From NCBI GenBank assembly GCA_976226885.1, contig OZ320313.1, positions 39,370,001 to 39,434,000 on the forward strand: a stretch of 64,000 nt of DNA. The letters are read 5' to 3'. A program made the position numbers and the translations under genes. The number at the start of each line of letters is the position of its first letter. The stretch's first letter is position 1. Under the pieces are notes generated by a model. The model saw only the letters and a program-made list of their open reading frames with translations, was not told the origin of the DNA and did not search any database. Below are positions 60,733 to 64,000 of this stretch, in pieces. This stretch comes from Iphione sp. A-MEVVRFRX5. Lineage: Eukaryota.

Positions 60733-63700
60733 TAAGAAAGGTGCACAAAGATAGGCATAAAGGAAGGAGTCTCGAAAAAAACAGGGAAGGAAGGACATAA
60801 AGACGGAGAAAGGAGGACGGGGCAGACTTTGAAACAATGTGAATAGATACGAAACGGAGAGAAGGAAAGTACATGAACATATACAATTCATTACGTTCCC
60901 TATCTTATAAACGCAACGTGAAAGTATATATGCACAGCAGAATGATCATACACAGGCTTGGCTACATTATCACGGACTCATAGGTGTACGTACACATGCA
61001 CACTCAGAGCCGTCGATATATCGCTTTTGGCCTACCTGTAATTATACCATATTCGGCCGCTGCCAACCAACGCTCTCACACAGAGTGTTGATTACATTGT
61101 AGCTGGACCACCCCCTCACCCTCAGAGGCGTCGAATCACAGGCCTTGACATTGCTCCAATTGCCACTACTAATTCGGAGCTGTCAGAAGAAAGCGGCGCT
61201 GACCGTCGAGAGGTCTTGGCCCTCTCCCACCACCCTTCCCTCGGAGCACTTGCCTGGCGATGGGCTCCAATCCTAACTCCCGCCCTCACCCCTTCTCTCC
61301 GTCGAGTCTCACGAGACGCTACAGCGGAAGATTTTTTCAATTACTGAAACAAATGCAACACTGACATGGCCCTCTGCTGTTGGCACTCTGATTTGGCGGT
61401 AGAATCTGTTCGACAAATGGAAGTCCAGTTTGCGGAAGCATGTCAGTTATCTCTGTATATCGATTTTATGTTTAACATTAGGCAAATGGACATTATGATT
61501 TGTTTTGGTGAGAATGTGTGTGTTAATCTATGTATCTGCCTAGAGCAACAAATGAACATTGAGCCTGTGATATAAAAACGAACTATTGGTTGTTTTATAC
61601 ATTTATTTGTATTTATACATTATTTTGTATGAGTGATTGTGAGGTACTTTTATCCCTTGACCATATTTACTAGTTCCCCTGTTCTTAGTCATCATCTTGT
61701 TCATTGTTTTCCTCACTATTCTTATCGTTCCTTCATGCCCTTCCCTATTCTACTTCCAAACCTTCCCATGCTATCGACCTATCCCCTATTTCATAGCTTC
61801 ATCTCCTTACCCTAATATGTTATACACGTACAGGTAATGCAAATCTAAATTGAAACCCTTTCCCTACACTCCCTACCACACTCCCGTCTCCCCAGCTCTC
61901 CAAATGCGCCTAACCCCCTATCCTACCCTCTTACCCGAGCAACACCTAACCCGCTTTCTCAGACAACAAAAAGCTCATCAGAGGGAGGGAATCCATCAGG
62001 CGGAACAGCACGCAACCAGTGGCTCGCCGCCACAACAGACGCCAGCCGGAGGGAGGGTGCCCGATTGATGTAAGCACCGCCTGGCGCCCGCCAAATGACA
62101 GGCAATCTCTCTTTTTGATTTTAAACTCCGAACCCGTCGACTTTGATGCTTGCCGTGCAACAAAAGTGCCCTGTGGACGTGTTAGAGGTAGGGAGGGGGC
62201 AGAGGGGGAGACGGGAGGAGGAAAAAAGGAGAGGAGGGGGTGTATCTTCCTTTCTCTCCTGCCACCCTCCCAACGCCCGCCCTCAAATCTCGCCGTCGCG
62301 TGACATGGGGCGATATTTCGCTCACGTGACCGTCGGCTCGCTCGCGCAGGCGTACCCGCGTGTGTAGCTCAGGGTGGTGATTACATTTTGTCGCTCTCCT
62401 CAAAAGGAGATAGAGGAGAGGAAAAAAATGGGGAAAGTTGTTGAGACTGAGGGGAGGGGGGCAGACGATACTGACTATTGGAGTGTGGTGGAAGGACAGA
62501 TCAGATAATACAAAAAAAAACAGACTGCGCGTGTATCTGCTCAGGGGTAAGATACAGCTGTATGCATGTAGGATAGGGGCACTGAGCGGCGTCGGTGTTT
62601 CAGTATACATGTACATCGTTGGGTGCTGGGGTTGAGTTGTATGAATGTGAAAGTGTACATCTGTACGCGGTCGCTTTCTACGCCTGTACCTTTCTCTGTG
62701 TGAATACATTGTTTTATGCCCTCGTTTCCATTCGCTGTACATCTATGTATACATGGGTTTATATAGTGTATATAAAATAATGTGCTTACAGTCTGAAACA
62801 GTCATGTTATGGTTGAGCAATATAAGTAAATAACTAAGTAATGAGGGACATCTGGTGCACTACAGTGAATGAGTACAGTGTATGGTATAGCAACTGGGTC
62901 CTACTAGTAAGCATTAGGGCTCAGTTGATTACACTATGTTGTAGAGAAGTATGGTTCAATGTAACAAAGGATCAATCGTTTATAAAAATGGATGCAAGTG
63001 ACATCTGTGTAAAAAGTTGGATGGTAGATGGTTGTTGAGAGGAATTGCATTTAAGATGAAGCTAATAGGTGCGTAAGCTCCAATAAGACCTTAACACAGG
63101 AGCAGAGATTAACATAATATTTTATCCTCAAGGTTGGAGTTCCATAATTCAGAGACTAAAACATTGGCATGCCCGATGATACTCCATAAGTTTACCGTAA
63201 AAAGGAATAATACAATCTGCATCTTCGCCTTGAATGGGCATGCTTCTTCGAATAAAGACCTATCGATTTAAACAGTAGTAGTTCCGAGTTGTGCTTTGCT
63301 GCGAGTCTGAGGGCTGATTTATGTCATCACAAGAACTTTCTATCAGAGGAATGGCAGGATACAAATCACACACAGGCAAATATTGTATTGTTTTGAATTC
63401 CATGGAAATAAGATTCTGATCTTCATTTAATTTTCTATTGCATTCTGAGTCATCCATACTTGAGCCTCCTTTACCAGTATAACAAAGAGAAACCCGCTGA
63501 AATCATTCACTCCCTGGGTGTTAAGCTGAACTCAGCAACATGTTAAGTGTACTCTTATATTACCTACACAGTCAACTCCCCCTCAGGGGACTACCTCTGG
63601 TTTCCCTTGTGATCTGGGTTCCCCTGCAGTTTCTTATTATAAAGGAAATGTATTGTTTGGGAATATGATATAGAGGTCTCCTTTGCCATTTGGTTTCCCC

Positions 63701-64000
63701 TACAATCTGGTCTTTAAGTGAGAGTTCACTGTAGTAGATAAAGATCTGACACAAGGGAGTAAGAGGTGCCCAGCAGAAATAGAAAAAGGAGGAAAGAGAA
63801 TGGTTCGATGGAGCATAAAAAAGGGAAAGGGAAATCACGGTAGAGAGAATGAGTGAACAGAGAGATGGGAGGATGGAAGATGGAAGAAGATAGCAAAAGA
63901 AAAGGAGGTGAGGAAAAATCAAAGAAAGATGCTGGACAGAATGGGCCATTAAAAGAACGACCAGGACAAAAATGAAAAGATCCAAGAACACGGGACTGAA

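Noticed and set aside
62182-63991. ORFs 62182..62742 and 63572..63991
   Set aside because: Low-complexity products of purine-rich tracts.

Overview
Eukaryotic genomic DNA that looks like a bilaterian invertebrate (GT-AG introns, many GA/CT microsatellites; taxon not determinable from sequence alone). The only well-supported host gene is a Scratch-family SNAG/C2H2 zinc-finger repressor on the + strand, join(7192..7714,9846..10774), 483 aa. It has a TATA promoter at about 6004 and a probable 3' UTR of about 2.3 kb. The other ~50 kb has no recognisable host ORF. It consists of short CpG-rich, motif-dense islands (E-box, CSL, CCAAT, CRE, CTCF-like) among simple repeats and several layers of transposons. 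The most notable is a 2911-bp TTAA-flanked piggyBac (53301..56211). Its 580-aa transposase is intact only after removing a 131-bp GT-AG intron, and the element is nested inside a Harbinger-type MITE. There are also at least eight Harbinger-type MITEs, at least four Tc1/pogo-type MITEs carrying minisatellites, and a decayed DIRS-like retrotransposon (about 19830..21155). No rRNA, tRNA or CRISPR array is supported. All motif calls were made by eye, without database searches.
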